Below are positions 25,601-47,011 of a stretch of DNA of 64,000 bases, piece by piece. The notes beneath the pieces were generated by a model that saw nothing but the letters and a program-made list of their open reading frames with translations, ran no database searches and was not told the DNA's origin. A program made the position numbers and the translations under genes. Origin of the DNA: Macrostomum lignano (Eukaryota). Each line of letters opens with the position of its first letter. The first letter of the stretch is position 1. The stretch covers positions 186,001 to 250,000 of the forward strand of contig NIVC01000709.1 in assembly GCA_002269645.1 (NCBI GenBank), given 5' to 3'.

Positions 25601-27371
25601 GAAAGCAAACTAAATTACTAGATCGATGCTCCTTTAAAGCCTGCTATCGCATCGCGCCATTCACTCGTCTCCAGGTTCACAAGAAGACGCTGCGCCCCGA
25701 GTTTGAGGAGGCTTTCATATTCGAACTCGCGCAGCAGGACATTCACTGGAGCGTTTTGGAGATTACCGTGTTTGACTATGACCCGTGTTCTCTTGACGAC
25801 TGTCTGGGTCAGGTCCGTCTACCGCTAACTGATGTGCTGGATGCGGACTCGGCCGCTGCCGGCGCTGAGGTTCAGACCACCCTGTGGAAGGGACTGACTT
25901 CGCTTGAGAAAGATCCAGACCCGGTGAGGATACCTGTTCAGGCGTTCCGTCCCGTTCCGTCCCGTTCCGTCCCGTTCCGTCCCGTTCCGTCCCGTTCCGT
26001 CCCGTTCCGTCCCGTTCCGTCCCGTTCCGTCCCGTTCCGTCCCGTTCCGTCCCGTTCCGTCCCGTTCCGTCCCGTTCCGTCCCGTTCCGTCCCGTTCCGT
26101 CCCGTTCCGTCCCGTTCCGTCCCGTTCCGTCCCGTTCCGTCCCGTTCCGTCCCGTTCCGTCCCGTTCCGTCCCGTTCCGTCCCGTTCCGTCCCGTTCCGT
26201 CCCGTTCCGTCCCGTTCCGTCCCGTTCCGTCCCGTTCCGTCCCGTTCCGTCACAAAATCATTTCCATCTTGCAATCGCCCACTGTTTCAGGAGCATAAAA
26301 TCGGTGACCTGATGTTTTCGCTGTCCTTCTTGTCCGCTGCCAAGCGCCTTGGCGTGTCAATCATAAAGGCACGCAACCTGCGCGACATCAACAAAGACAA
26401 GCCAATTAGTGGTGAGCTCTTGGCTTAATTTTGAGCAGCTCCCACAGTGGCTTCTGCAATCCGAATAAAAGGCTGGGCCATTAAAGCCTAAATTATGATT
26501 CCATAAAACTCGTAGGAAGAAGGCAAAAGAACTAATATAGCTGAATCTGACTAGCAATAGTCCTAATTTGACCCTTTTAGCTCGACAGTTGAATATGCCT
26601 TTGATTATAGGAATCCTCTATTTTGCATCGGTAAAACTCTACAGCTTCGTCTTGCTGCACAGAACCTGTGCTGAGGCAAAGTACGCCAATAATAGAAGGC
26701 AATCTATTAGATGAAATCGGATAGGGATGAAACAGGACGCAGCAGAAAAGGACATTATAGAATTTGATGCACCAGTTTGAGGCAGAATTAGGCAGAGCCT
26801 GATAGCAAGCGGCAAGTGGGTGGCAAGACAAGAAGGATGAGCTGATCTGAACCTGAGTTCGTTTTTAATGAACAGAGCAAATATGAGCAACCAAAGACTT
26901 CAGTCAGGATGTGCGGGAGCTGAAATTCGATTCTGGGACAAACACGACTAGGTTTATTAGTGATCTTCTAGCTCAAAAACTGCGTAGCAGCACTGAACTC
27001 GTCCTGTCAATCCCCACCCCCCCCCCCCCCGTCGCCGCTCAGACGCCTCCGTACGCGTCACCCTGAGCACACAGGGAGGCCGGAAGCAAAAGAAGAAGAA
27101 GACCAGCAGCTGCAAGACGCCAGGCAACCCTGTGTGGGAAGAGGCGCTCGTGTTCAACGGGGTGGCCGAGGAGGACCTGCGCATCGGCTGCCTGGAGATC
27201 TCCGTGTGCCACGAAGGCGTACTAAGCAGCACGGAGGTCGGCCGGGTGTACCTGGGCCCCGACACCAGCGGCCAGGAGTACCAGCACTGGTGGAACATGC
27301 TCAAGTCCAAGAGCGCCCCGGCAAGGTGGCACCGTCTGACGGCTCCGGCCGCGTCCGGCTCCAGGAAGTGA
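19692..27371 (+). CDS. Synaptotagmin-like tandem C2A-C2B protein
   Basis: Exons 19692-19862, 21295-21533, 22607-22855, 25675-25923, 26291-26411, 27043-27371; all GT-AG, phases consistent. C2A LGQLNFSLSY...NPYCRVALLP...TLRPEFEEAFIF...FDYD; C2B GDLMFSLSFL...KARNL, polybasic KKKKT, NPVWEEALVF and WHRL terminus. Confidence 0.92.
20085..20227 (-). mobile_element. tRNA-derived CORE-SINE (head + CORE; 3' tail may extend toward ~19900)
   Basis: Minus strand: A-box TAGACCAGTGG (20209-20219), B-box GGTTCGATTCC (20165-20175), then TGTGTCCTTGACCGAGACGCTTAACTCTGCATTGCTTCAGTTCTCCCAGCTGTAAAATGG (20085-20144), resembling the MIR/CORE consensus. Confidence 0.85.
20228..20697. repeat. ~20-bp minisatellite CCACTGGGCTACAACCCCCT (~23 copies), an amplified SINE 5' end
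   Basis: Reverse complement AGGGGGTTGTAGCCCAGTGG is nearly identical to the adjacent SINE start GGGGATTGTAGACCAGTGG. Confidence 0.95.
21565..21750. repeat. Short degenerate array of 11-bp GTGCTCATAGT subunits (44-bp higher order)
   Basis: Read directly, synaptotagmin intron. Confidence 0.8.
23323..24880. repeat. Compound minisatellite of 16-bp (GTCTATGGCAGAGATT) and 13-bp (GTCTATGGCTGCT) subunits
   Basis: Read directly; 29-bp dimers on the left, 13-bp runs on the right. Confidence 0.97.
25945..26250. repeat. (CCGTTCCGTC)n 10-bp perfect repeat filling a synaptotagmin intron (25924-26290)
   Basis: Read directly. Confidence 0.98.
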
Positions 27372-30079
27372 GCGGGGAGTCGCTGCGGAGTCTGGCTGAG
27401 CTGCAACTGCGCTTTGAGCCCAGCTCTGAATCACATCCGTCTGGCTTCGCTTTGAGATACTGTGCATGCTTTATTTTTGGAAGCGCAGGCGTTTGGGAAT
27501 TGCGAATTCAATAAAGGAAATTGGAAAACTGATAGAAAAGCAAATGATTTCCAAAATTAATTACCCAAAGAAGATGTCACCTGTATGACCGTGCGAGTCG
27601 CAGTGATTTTAATATTCATTTTTAAATACAAAATTCCAGTGACTTCATTGAGTGCTGACTGTCGTGAAAAAAAAACAGAGCACTCGTATGAATTGATCGC
27701 GAAGTCGCAAATGAATAGAAAACAATAGCGATTTCACCTGTGCTTTTTTACAGGTTTCTGTTGCAGTTATAACAAAACCAGTCACTGTTTGTCTGCACTG
27801 GCTTTTCAGACATAGGGTAAACAAATAAGAGCTGCCGCATTAAGACTCATTCCCCCTGCATTGTGAGCTTGTTCGGATTTTCCTTGCTTTTAAAACCGCT
27901 TATGATGAATGCCACTCTGCGATCTGGTTACCGCGATGTTGTGCTAATATTGTGTTCGGTCTGTTAGAAGTACGGCTACGGTACCCATGCCATTGACGTT
28001 GTGCTGCATAGCCTGCAATGTATATCCCTGGAACCTATACGAGTAAATGTTTTAAAAATACACAGCCTCGTTTATTCGGACCAATATATTTGTTAAACTG
28101 GATTTATCGAAAAAACACGGGATTTGACTTGTAGATACTGCAAAGTAACGACGGAATCGGCTCGTCTCCCAGGCATCTCCGCTTTCTAATTGTTGTTCTT
28201 CGGTTGAATTTTTCAGGACAGAAGTACAGCAGCATCACATGCTTGGAAGAACCAAGGCTGTGCGAAAGCTGACCCTGCAAGCTGTTGAAATTTCTTTAAA
28301 AAGGTGGCAAGAAAGACGCTTCCTCAAATTCTCTTTCCATGGAGTCAGTCGTCTTAAAAATGGAAATTCGATGAAATAGCTGTGATTAATCTTGATGCCT
28401 GCTGCCTGTGTTGAAAACCCTCACTCCATTGGCATTTATCGATTCGGATTGACTTCTGAATTTTTTAACTTCCCGCTGTTCCACTTAGCCCCGACTAAAG
28501 CAACGTCGAAATTTGAGCCACAGACGCACTTTGACCGGCACTTTGTCTTCCGCTTTTTCTTACAGATTATTGAATCGCTATTTCCCACTGTTTAGTGCGT
28601 GATGCACAGGTCAGCCCCGCAATTACTCAGCGAGTCCCCGTTTTTCTTCCCACAATGTGAAGCCTAGGCAGTGTCTGTATCCAGCTAGCCAAGGCAAGTA
28701 CACTGACCCGCTGCATCGATACCTCCACCCCACTCCACTACCCAGCTGTTGGGAAAGAAGCAGCTGCGCCTTCTTACTGGGAAAATTATCCCCCTCCTAG
28801 CTCCTAGCTAGTCCCTCACGCCAGACAGGCTCAACAGTCTCGCACCCGACCAGCTCATTCTAATGAGTTCCACTCGACAGCAGCCAGTCCGGCAGTTTCC
28901 ACACTGACAGCGGGAAGCTGCTTCGACAGGAATGAGAGGCCGCCTGCTGGCGGGAAGCTCTGCCCCAAGGAGGAGAAGCTACTCAACTATTTTGCGTCCC
29001 CATCGCTGGGGAATTGCCCCTCCCACACGCTGCAGCCTGTGCAAGTCATTGCCGAAAAAACATACACTGGCGCACACTATCCAATCAATATATACACAAG
29101 GGCGACTTGAAGGTTGGCTGTTTTTTGAGTAGCTCAGCTCAGCAGCTGCGGCTCCGAGCTCAGATTGGAGACCAGGGTCAGCCATAATCGTGTTCCAGTC
29201 CTCTCACTGTGCTCAATCTGAAGGACTCTGCACTCCTAGACCCGTGCAAACTTTATTGGTGACTCGATCATTATCGCTGCAAAATGAAACAACACTTCAA
29301 TTAGCAATGATCTCTCGTCTCAGCTTTGGAATTGTAGATGAGTAAAAAAACTAATGTGTGAATTCTACTGATCGGAAATTAATTCTCGACTAAATCTGTA
29401 GAAGACAGACTCCAACGAAGTCGTTTTCGTTTTGTTTTCGTCCGAACATCACCGTTCAATTTTTTTTCACAATCGATACAGCTTTTCCATTTCTCATGAT
29501 TACGTTCGCAGCATTTCTGACTATAATGCGTCGTGCTTTGACTTTTCTGACATCAAATATCGTTTTCTTGAAATTATAAAATTTTAGTCTGATGCATGAA
29601 ATAGGAGCAAACGGTTAAGTTAAGGCAGGAAATTGTCCTCTGATACATCTGGAATTCCTATCATCCAGATCCGTAATGGTCTGATTCTAGGACAAAAAGC
29701 AGCCTATGAAAGATGCATTTTTTTTTAAATGAAAGTTCCTCAGTAAAAGCTGAAGAAATATCGAAGACTGTTCAACTCGAAAATTGCACTTGGCAGTCAT
29801 CACTTTATTAAAATCTACCATATTTTAGATAAGGTTGGATACAAACGTATTGATACAGCAAATAGCAATGGTGCATTGCGAACAATTTCAACAGAAAAGA
29901 AAAACAATTTCCATGTACACGAAAAAGTTATGCCAAAGCGCACTACGCTAAAACATCCGAGTGAGAAGCAATTCAATACTTACTACTAACCAGCCAACTA
30001 AATCTATAATGCTTTTTAAAGTAGAAGTAAACCCCATATCAGTAAACTGGTTTGTTTCGTAACTTCCTAACTCTTCTAC

Positions 30080-30300
30080 AGCCTTGCGTGTGGTTTGGTG
30101 AACGTTATCGATTTTCTGGTCTGTCCCACTGCCTTCCCCACCTCTTGTTTTCTACCCCCGCGCGCTATCCCATTTAATTGCTGCAGGCTAGCCGTGCGTG
30201 GGGTTGAATGAAAGTTATCGATTTTCTGGTCTGTCTCTCCGGTCCGAACCCCAAGTTCTCTACCCAGCTAACCCTTATTTACTGCTGCAGGCTAACAGTG
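30080..30300. repeat. Diverged direct duplication with 110-bp period
   Basis: GTTATCGATTTTCTGGTCTGTC at 30104 and 30214, with shared downstream CTGCAGGCTA. Confidence 0.8.
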
Positions 30301-30614
30301 CTCGAGGTTGGCGAATGTCATTTGCATTTTAGTAGAACCAGAAGTCAAAGACTATTATTTTCTACCCCAATGACCTTACGTTGGCTGTATATTCGTATGA
30401 CCTGCCCTTCTTCTCTATTGGTCTATCGCTAAGCCTACTGTATCGGTGCCATGGTGCATCTGTGCTTTCTACTGCGTCTGTGGATCGGTAACCCGAATTA
30501 GTGCCGAAGAAATGCTTTTAAGTCTTTTAGTCAGAATCCAATACAAGTCATCATTTAGTGACAATGTTTAAACTGAATACATGTACACTGCCTCGGTTAC
30601 TGAAAACTCGGAGC

Positions 30615-40072
<9,458 letters not shown>

Positions 40073-42439
40073 GACTCGGGCGGTAGGGCGGGCGATTTCC
40101 TGGAAATCAGGGTGACATTGAGCAGCTGTTGTGTTTGGTACGAGGGGTTTGCTCTTGTCACTGCTGCAATAAAATACTAGTGAAGACGAATGCAGAAAAT
40201 CAGCATAAAAACAGGAAGTCAACCTGCGACTCCGCAATTTGTATCTCGCACTCGTAAGTAAATTTGTAGCAAAATTTGTCTTGAAAAACCAGTGCAGCGA
40301 GCATTCTAAAACTGATTTCTCAACATAAAATTGTACTGACAACCTGTGCTGCACATCCCACACTGGCGTTGGGATATTACACTGCTTGTAATCTCCCTCC
40401 GAGAGGCGCTGTTTAATCATGTTGTCATGTTGAAATTATTCTTAGCGAAAAATTTTTTAACACGTTTTCTTGGAAACAGGAAAACTCGACCACGGCTCCG
40501 ATAAGCCGCTCGACCGGCCGCTCAGAGCGGATTTCCTACTCTAATCCACTCAGGGCCCGGCGGGGATTAGAGGCCCCACCGCACAGAGCCTTTCGCATTG
40601 AGCACAGGGCGGACCCTGAGTCAGGTTTCCAGCCCAGCGAATCTTGCCCAGCTGCACTCCCCAGCCTTGTGAGTTTCTGTCCTCCAAGTCCAGCTCAGCT
40701 CATCGACGCCTCGAGCCCCTCGGTCCTCCTCCTCCTCAGTACCCGTGCAAAATGATGCCCGTCCCCCCGCTCCGTTGGCAGACTGCGAAATTCAAACCGA
40801 AAATAGCGACACCTCCCCGGGGGCAAGAGTGCACCAGCCAGTAGCTCCCCGGTCAAGAGCCCTCTGCTTCAAGGGGGCGCCTCTTCAAGTTGCTGCTGCC
40901 CCACTTTGCACTACCGGCAGTTGCCCCACCTCCATCTAATGAGGAAGTTGGCAACGCAGTGGCGTGTCGCAAAACGTGCTAGAAGCAGTGTTGAAAAAGC
41001 AGACTTCAGCAGCACTTCAGGTGAACTCCCTGGCTGCTACTTCTGGCTCTGCTGCTCTGCTCCCGTCTCTCCCATCGCGCGTTCTCCTCTTACGATCCGT
41101 TCGGGATGCGGGGGTAACAAGGCAGCACAACAGGCACGGCTTCAGCCGCAACAACAATGCCACCAGAGGTGAGAAGCGGAAACTCAGGCACGGTCGCTGG
41201 AGCGGCCCTGTGAGCGCCACACTTCCGCTTTTCCCACCTGAGCCTCTCTCTCCCATGTTGCAGGGGCTGCAGGAGCTCGTTACGGACAATTGAATCCGCG
41301 ATTCTGTAAACTGTAAAACTTACCCGTTGGAGCTGGGGCTGCCCGGAGCTGCTCTCACTGGACCAGGAATAATGGAGAACTGGAAGGAGGATGAGGAGGT
41401 CAAAGAGAGGCAGGCAGCAGCGGGTGTCACAACCAGCTGTCTTGCGCGTGTCCGATTCAGCCTAATCTCTGCCGGGAGATCGAGAGCGGCAGGCCGGGGG
41501 TGTTGCTTGCAGAGGAATGCTTTCAGACCACAAAGACGCCACCCACCCACACCCGAGCGATGTGTCACCGCCAGACAGGCCCAGCCAAGCCAGCAGCATA
41601 GGATTGCGATGAAGGATTTGTGGCCAATCCCTCCCAGTCAGCAACCATGCTGACTGCCTCGTCTATAAAGTATCTATAAAGATAATTTTATGGCTTGGGA
41701 AGCAAAGAAGTTCATGAAGTTCGAGACTGCGGATTCGGACTGGAAGCTGAGTGCATAGCTTGGCCTCATCAAAGTTTCTATGCCTTTATTTCTGTATTTT
41801 AACGCCTAAAATCGAACTGATTTTTTAACTCTGTCAAAGGGATTTCGGATAGAATGTTCTCCAGCTTTCCTCCACAGAGCAGATGAACCTGTGAATGAGA
41901 CTGAAATCTCGTTTGGATAATTTGTTATCTCTGATGCTTTATCTGCATGGTAAATCCTCCGGACTCCTGTTATCAACCCAAGCGGATCTTAGATTGGGGA
42001 CTATCGATTATTTTCTCGAGCCAGATTTCTCTGTCTGGCAGTCAGCAGCAGTCCCAGGTTGCATTCTGCTGCCCCCCCCCCCAATTTCGGTTCATTGGGG
42101 ACGAGGCGCATCAAATGGCATGGCCAGGTGAAATTCGAGCTGAGGAAGCGGAGAGGCTGGAGAGGCGCTTCGGCGCAGCGCAGTTTTATGAAGCGACCGT
42201 CCTGCAATCTGCAAGCAAAACTCTGTTTGTCTTTCCGATCAGGCAGCATTTTTCTAAGTTTTAAAGCAGAGCCAACCACTCGGGCTGTATTCAATTGTTC
42301 GATTTCAAAGCAGAGCCATAAAAAGCGAAAATCTCTTTCCACATCATTTTGCAAATTTAATGGCTCATAAAGACAAAACCTTGTGGCTAAAAACTGCCTG
42401 AGGGGGAAGTTAAAAACTCCAGAAACCAGCATGAATAGG

Positions 42440-43012
42440 GGAAGGGAAGGTAGAGGATCTCTATCTCCAATGAAGATACGGAGAGAAGGCGACGAGAGGA
42501 AATGAGACAGGAAGAGAGAGAAAGGGGTAAGGAAGAGGAAAGGGAGAGGGGAAGGGGAGGGGAAGTGATAGGAGAAAGGGAGAGGGGAAGGGACTGGGGA
42601 GGAAGAGGGTAAGGGAGAGGGGAACGGAGAGGGGAGGGAGAGGGTAAGGGAGAAGAGAAGGGAGATGGGAGGGAGAGGATAAAGGAGAAGGGAAGGGAGA
42701 GAGGAATGGAGACGGAAAGGGAGAGGGGAAAGGAGAGGAGAAGTGAGAGAGGAAGGGAGATGAGAAAGGATATAGGGAAGGAAAGGAGAAGGGAGAGGGG
42801 AAGGGAGAGGGGAAGGGAGAGGGGAAGGGAGAGAGGAAGGGAGAGGGGAAGGGAAAGGGGAAGAGACTAGAAAGGAGAGGGAAAGGAGAGGGGAAGGGAG
42901 AGGGGAGGGAGAGGGGAAGAGACTAGAAAGGAGAGGGGAAGGGAGAGGGGAAGAGACTAGAAAGGAGAGGGGGAGGGAGAGGGGAAGGGAGAGGCGAAGG
43001 GAGAGGCGAAGG
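42440..43012. repeat. Polypurine G-rich minisatellite (~12-bp GGGAGAGGGGAA)
   Basis: Read directly. Confidence 0.93.
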
Positions 43013-43656
43013 CAAGTTGAGTGCGATCCCAAAGTGGTAGTGAAAAGGTCAGTTCAAGTAAACACGGACGCCAAGCCACTCCATGCAAAGCCAAAATGTC
43101 AGTCGAGCCGAATTCGCAGCTGAGAAAGCAGCAGCCCCTGCTATGTCAGGGCAAAGTTTTGAGTTTGCGCAACGCCAGCCAGCGGCAGTGGTCAAGTGAG
43201 CGGCAGGTGCGCAAAGCCCGAGCTGAGAGCTGCAGCTGCTCACGGCAAACACAAGCAAAACTCCGCGCTTGAATTTCATTAAAAAAAACAAAACTTTCAT
43301 GCACAGCTGAAATTTTGGTGTCAGCAAGTCCTAAGCTGTTTTAGTTGAAGTGAATTTGACTGCAAAATCGGAGAGATACAGAGAAGTCACCGAAAAAACA
43401 CCGAAACTTACAGATTTTGCTCACCTGAACTAGAAGTCCGCGGGCAATACGAAAGCTCAGCAATATCTGTTGCAGAGTGTTTCACCCAGGTGAAAATTGA
43501 AACACAGAGCAGATTTGCTGGTTGCCGTATAAACCTGCAGATCATTCCTACCGCTAGCCGCTGCCTGTTGGCCCCCACGGCAGCCAATGAGGAAAGAGCT
43601 AAGATGAGAGAACCTCGGTAGTGCCTAATTATAGTAGTTTCTTGATGGATGAATAA

Positions 43657-44006
<350 letters not shown>

Positions 44007-44509
44007 CCCTCCTCCCCCTCCCAGCCGCAATCCGGTGACACGCAAGGCAGCAGTCAGTCTTGGCAACATTTGAACGCCCACCCCACCCCTGAGGATCGCG
44101 CAGCACTGATGGGCGGCAGGCGGTGACTGACCGGTCAGCTGGCACCCCGCTTTGTCCGCGGTCGGCCCTGGTCGAGTGGCGGCGTCGCATTTTCCAATTT
44201 CGCCGGCTTCGAATTCTGGCCGCAGGAGCCGGCAGCGCTGAGGACAATGGCCCGGTGCCCCTGCTATAGCCCAGGCCTTCTTATCTCGATTTCTCATTTC
44301 CTTCCTGTCGCTGCCTGAAAGGAGAGAATTTCAATCATGAGATCTGCCGGCTGGGCTGAATGGAATTTCGCAATGGATTTGCGGATGCCAATCTGGGACA
44401 GGAGCTGCCGGAGTCTTGCCCGGGTCACTTTCCTTTTCGGCGCTCTCGCATGTCATAAATATTCATTCTAGTTGTGATAACTGTGCACTTTTATATTTGC
44501 TCAGCACTC

Positions 44510-46640
44510 CTCCTGAATCCCTTAGAATAATTATTAATCCCTTGGAATCCCCCTGAATCCCTTGGAACCCCTCAGAATCCCCAGGATCCCCTAGAATCGC
44601 TTGGAACCCCCCTGAATCTCCTGGAATCCCCCTGAATCCCACGAGCCCCCCTAAATCGCTTGGAACCCCCTGAATCTCTTGGAACCCCCCTAAATCCCTT
44701 GGAACCCCCCTGAATCCCTTGGAACCCCACTGAATCTCTTGGAACCCCCTGAATCCCTTGGAACCCCCCTGAATCCCTTGGAACCCCCTGAATCGCTTGG
44801 AACCCCCCTGAATCCCTTGGAACCCCCTGAATCTTTTGGAACCCCCCTGAATCTCCTGGAATCCCCCTGAATCCCTTGGAACCCCGTGAATCCCTTGGAA
44901 CCCCCCTGAATCCCTTGGAACCCCCTTGAATCTCTTGGAATTCCCCTGAATCTCTTGGAACCCCCTGAATCCCTTGGAATCCCCCTGCTGAATCCTTTGG
45001 AATCCCCCTGAATCCCTTGGAATCCCCTGAATCCCTTGGAACCCCCTGAATCCCTTGGAATCTCCCTGCTGAATCCTTTGGAATCCCCCTGAATCTCTTG
45101 GAACCCCCCTGAATCCCTTGGAATCCCCCTGCTGAATCCTTTGGAATCCCCCTGAATCTCTTGGAACCCCCTGAATCCCTTGGAACCCCCCTGAATCCCT
45201 TGGAACCCCCTGCTGAATCCTTTGGAATCCACCTGAATCCCTTGGAATCCCCTGAATCCCTTGGAATCCCCCTGAATCCCTTGGAACCCCGTGAATCCCT
45301 TGGAACCCCCCTGAATCCCTTGGAACCCCCTTGAATCTCTTGGAACCCCCCTGAATCTCTTGGAACCCCCTGAATCCCTTGGAATCCCCCTGAATCCCTT
45401 GGAATCCCCTGAATCCCTTGGAACCCCCTGAATCCCTTGGAATCTCCCTGCTGAATCCTTTGGAATCCCCCTGAATCTCTTGGAACCCCCCTGAATCCCT
45501 TGGAATCCCCCTGCTGAATCCTTTGGAATCCCCCTGAATCCCTTGGAATCCCCTGAATCCCTTGGAACCCCCTGAATCCCTTGGAATCCCCCTGCTGAAT
45601 CCTTTGGAATCCCCCTGAATCCCTTGGAACCCCCCTGAATCCCTTGGAACCCCCTGAATCGCTTGGAACCCCCTGAATCCCTTGGAACCCCCTGAATCTT
45701 TTGGAACCCCCCTGAATCTCCTGGAATCCCCCTGAATCCCTTGGAATCTCCCTGCTAAATCCTTTGGAATCCCCTTGAATCCTTGGAATCCCCCTGAATC
45801 CCTTGGAAACCCCCTGAATCCTTGGAATCCCCCTGAATCCCTTGGAAACCCCCTGAATCCTTTGGAATCCCCCTGAATCCTTTGGAATCCCCCTGAATCT
45901 CTTGGAATCCCCCTGAATCCCCCAGGATCCCCTTGAATCCTTTGGAACCCCCCTGAATCCTTTGGAATCCCCCTGAATCTCTTGGAATCCCCCTGAATCT
46001 CTTGGAATCCCCCTGAATCTCTTGGAATCCCCCTGAATCTCTTGGAATCCCCTTGAATCCCTTGGAATCCCCCTGAATCCTTTGGAATCCCCCTGAATCC
46101 TTTGGAATCTCCCTGCTAAATCCTTTGGAATCCCCTTGAATCCTTGGAATCCCCCTGAATCCCTTGGAAACCCCCTGAATCCTTTGGAATCCCCCTGAAT
46201 CCTTTGGAATCCCCCTGAATCTCTTGGAATCCCCCTGAATCCCCCAGGATCCCCTTGAATCCTTTGGAACCCCCCTGAATCCTTTGGAATCCCCCTGAAT
46301 CTCTTGGAATCCCCCTGAATCTCTTGGAATCCCCCTGAATCTCTTGGAATCCCCCTGAATCTCTTGGAATCCCCTTGAATCCCTTGGAATCCCCCTGAAT
46401 CCTTTGGAATCCCCCTGAATCCTTTGGAATCCCCCTGAATCCTTTGGATTCCCCCTGAATCCTTTGGAATCCCCCTGAATCCCTTGGAACCCCCTGAATC
46501 CCTTGGAACCCCCCTGAATCCTTTGGAACCCCCCTGAATCCTTTGGAATCCCCCTGAATCCCTTGGAACCACCCTGAATCCTTTGAAATCCCCTGAATCC
46601 CTTGGAACCCCCCTGAATCCCTTGGAATCTTTCTGAATCG
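44510..46640. repeat. 19-20-bp minisatellite CCCCCTGAATCCCTTGGAAT, ~2.1 kb
   Basis: Read directly. Confidence 0.98.
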
Positions 46641-47011
46641 CTTGATATTCCCTCCTGAATTACATAAAATCACCGGAATTCCTCACAGTCCCTTAAATTC
46701 CATAGAATCCCTTAAATCCAGTTAATAACTATTAATCCACTTGCTACGCTTGTATTATCAAGTCTTTACTGTCGTGTTTTCAATCAAATTTAAAATTTAT
46801 GCCTTAAACAGGAATTTCATCTAAAACCACACATTGGCTCTACTAAAAGTAATGCATATGGAGTGAAATTGCTGAATATTATGATTCAGAAAAAAGCCGA
46901 GAAAGAAGCTTTTTAAAAACTCGAGTATGATGACAGATTGCCGAGAGCTCAGCCCGATCGAGAGCCTCCCAACAGTGACTTTATTTTGCAGAGTATACAA
47001 GGGATATGCAG

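Noticed and set aside
44572-46572. Collagen-like Gly-rich 666-aa ORF
   Set aside because: Product of a 19-20-bp unit that cycles through frames; no sustained Gly-X-Y register or signal peptide.
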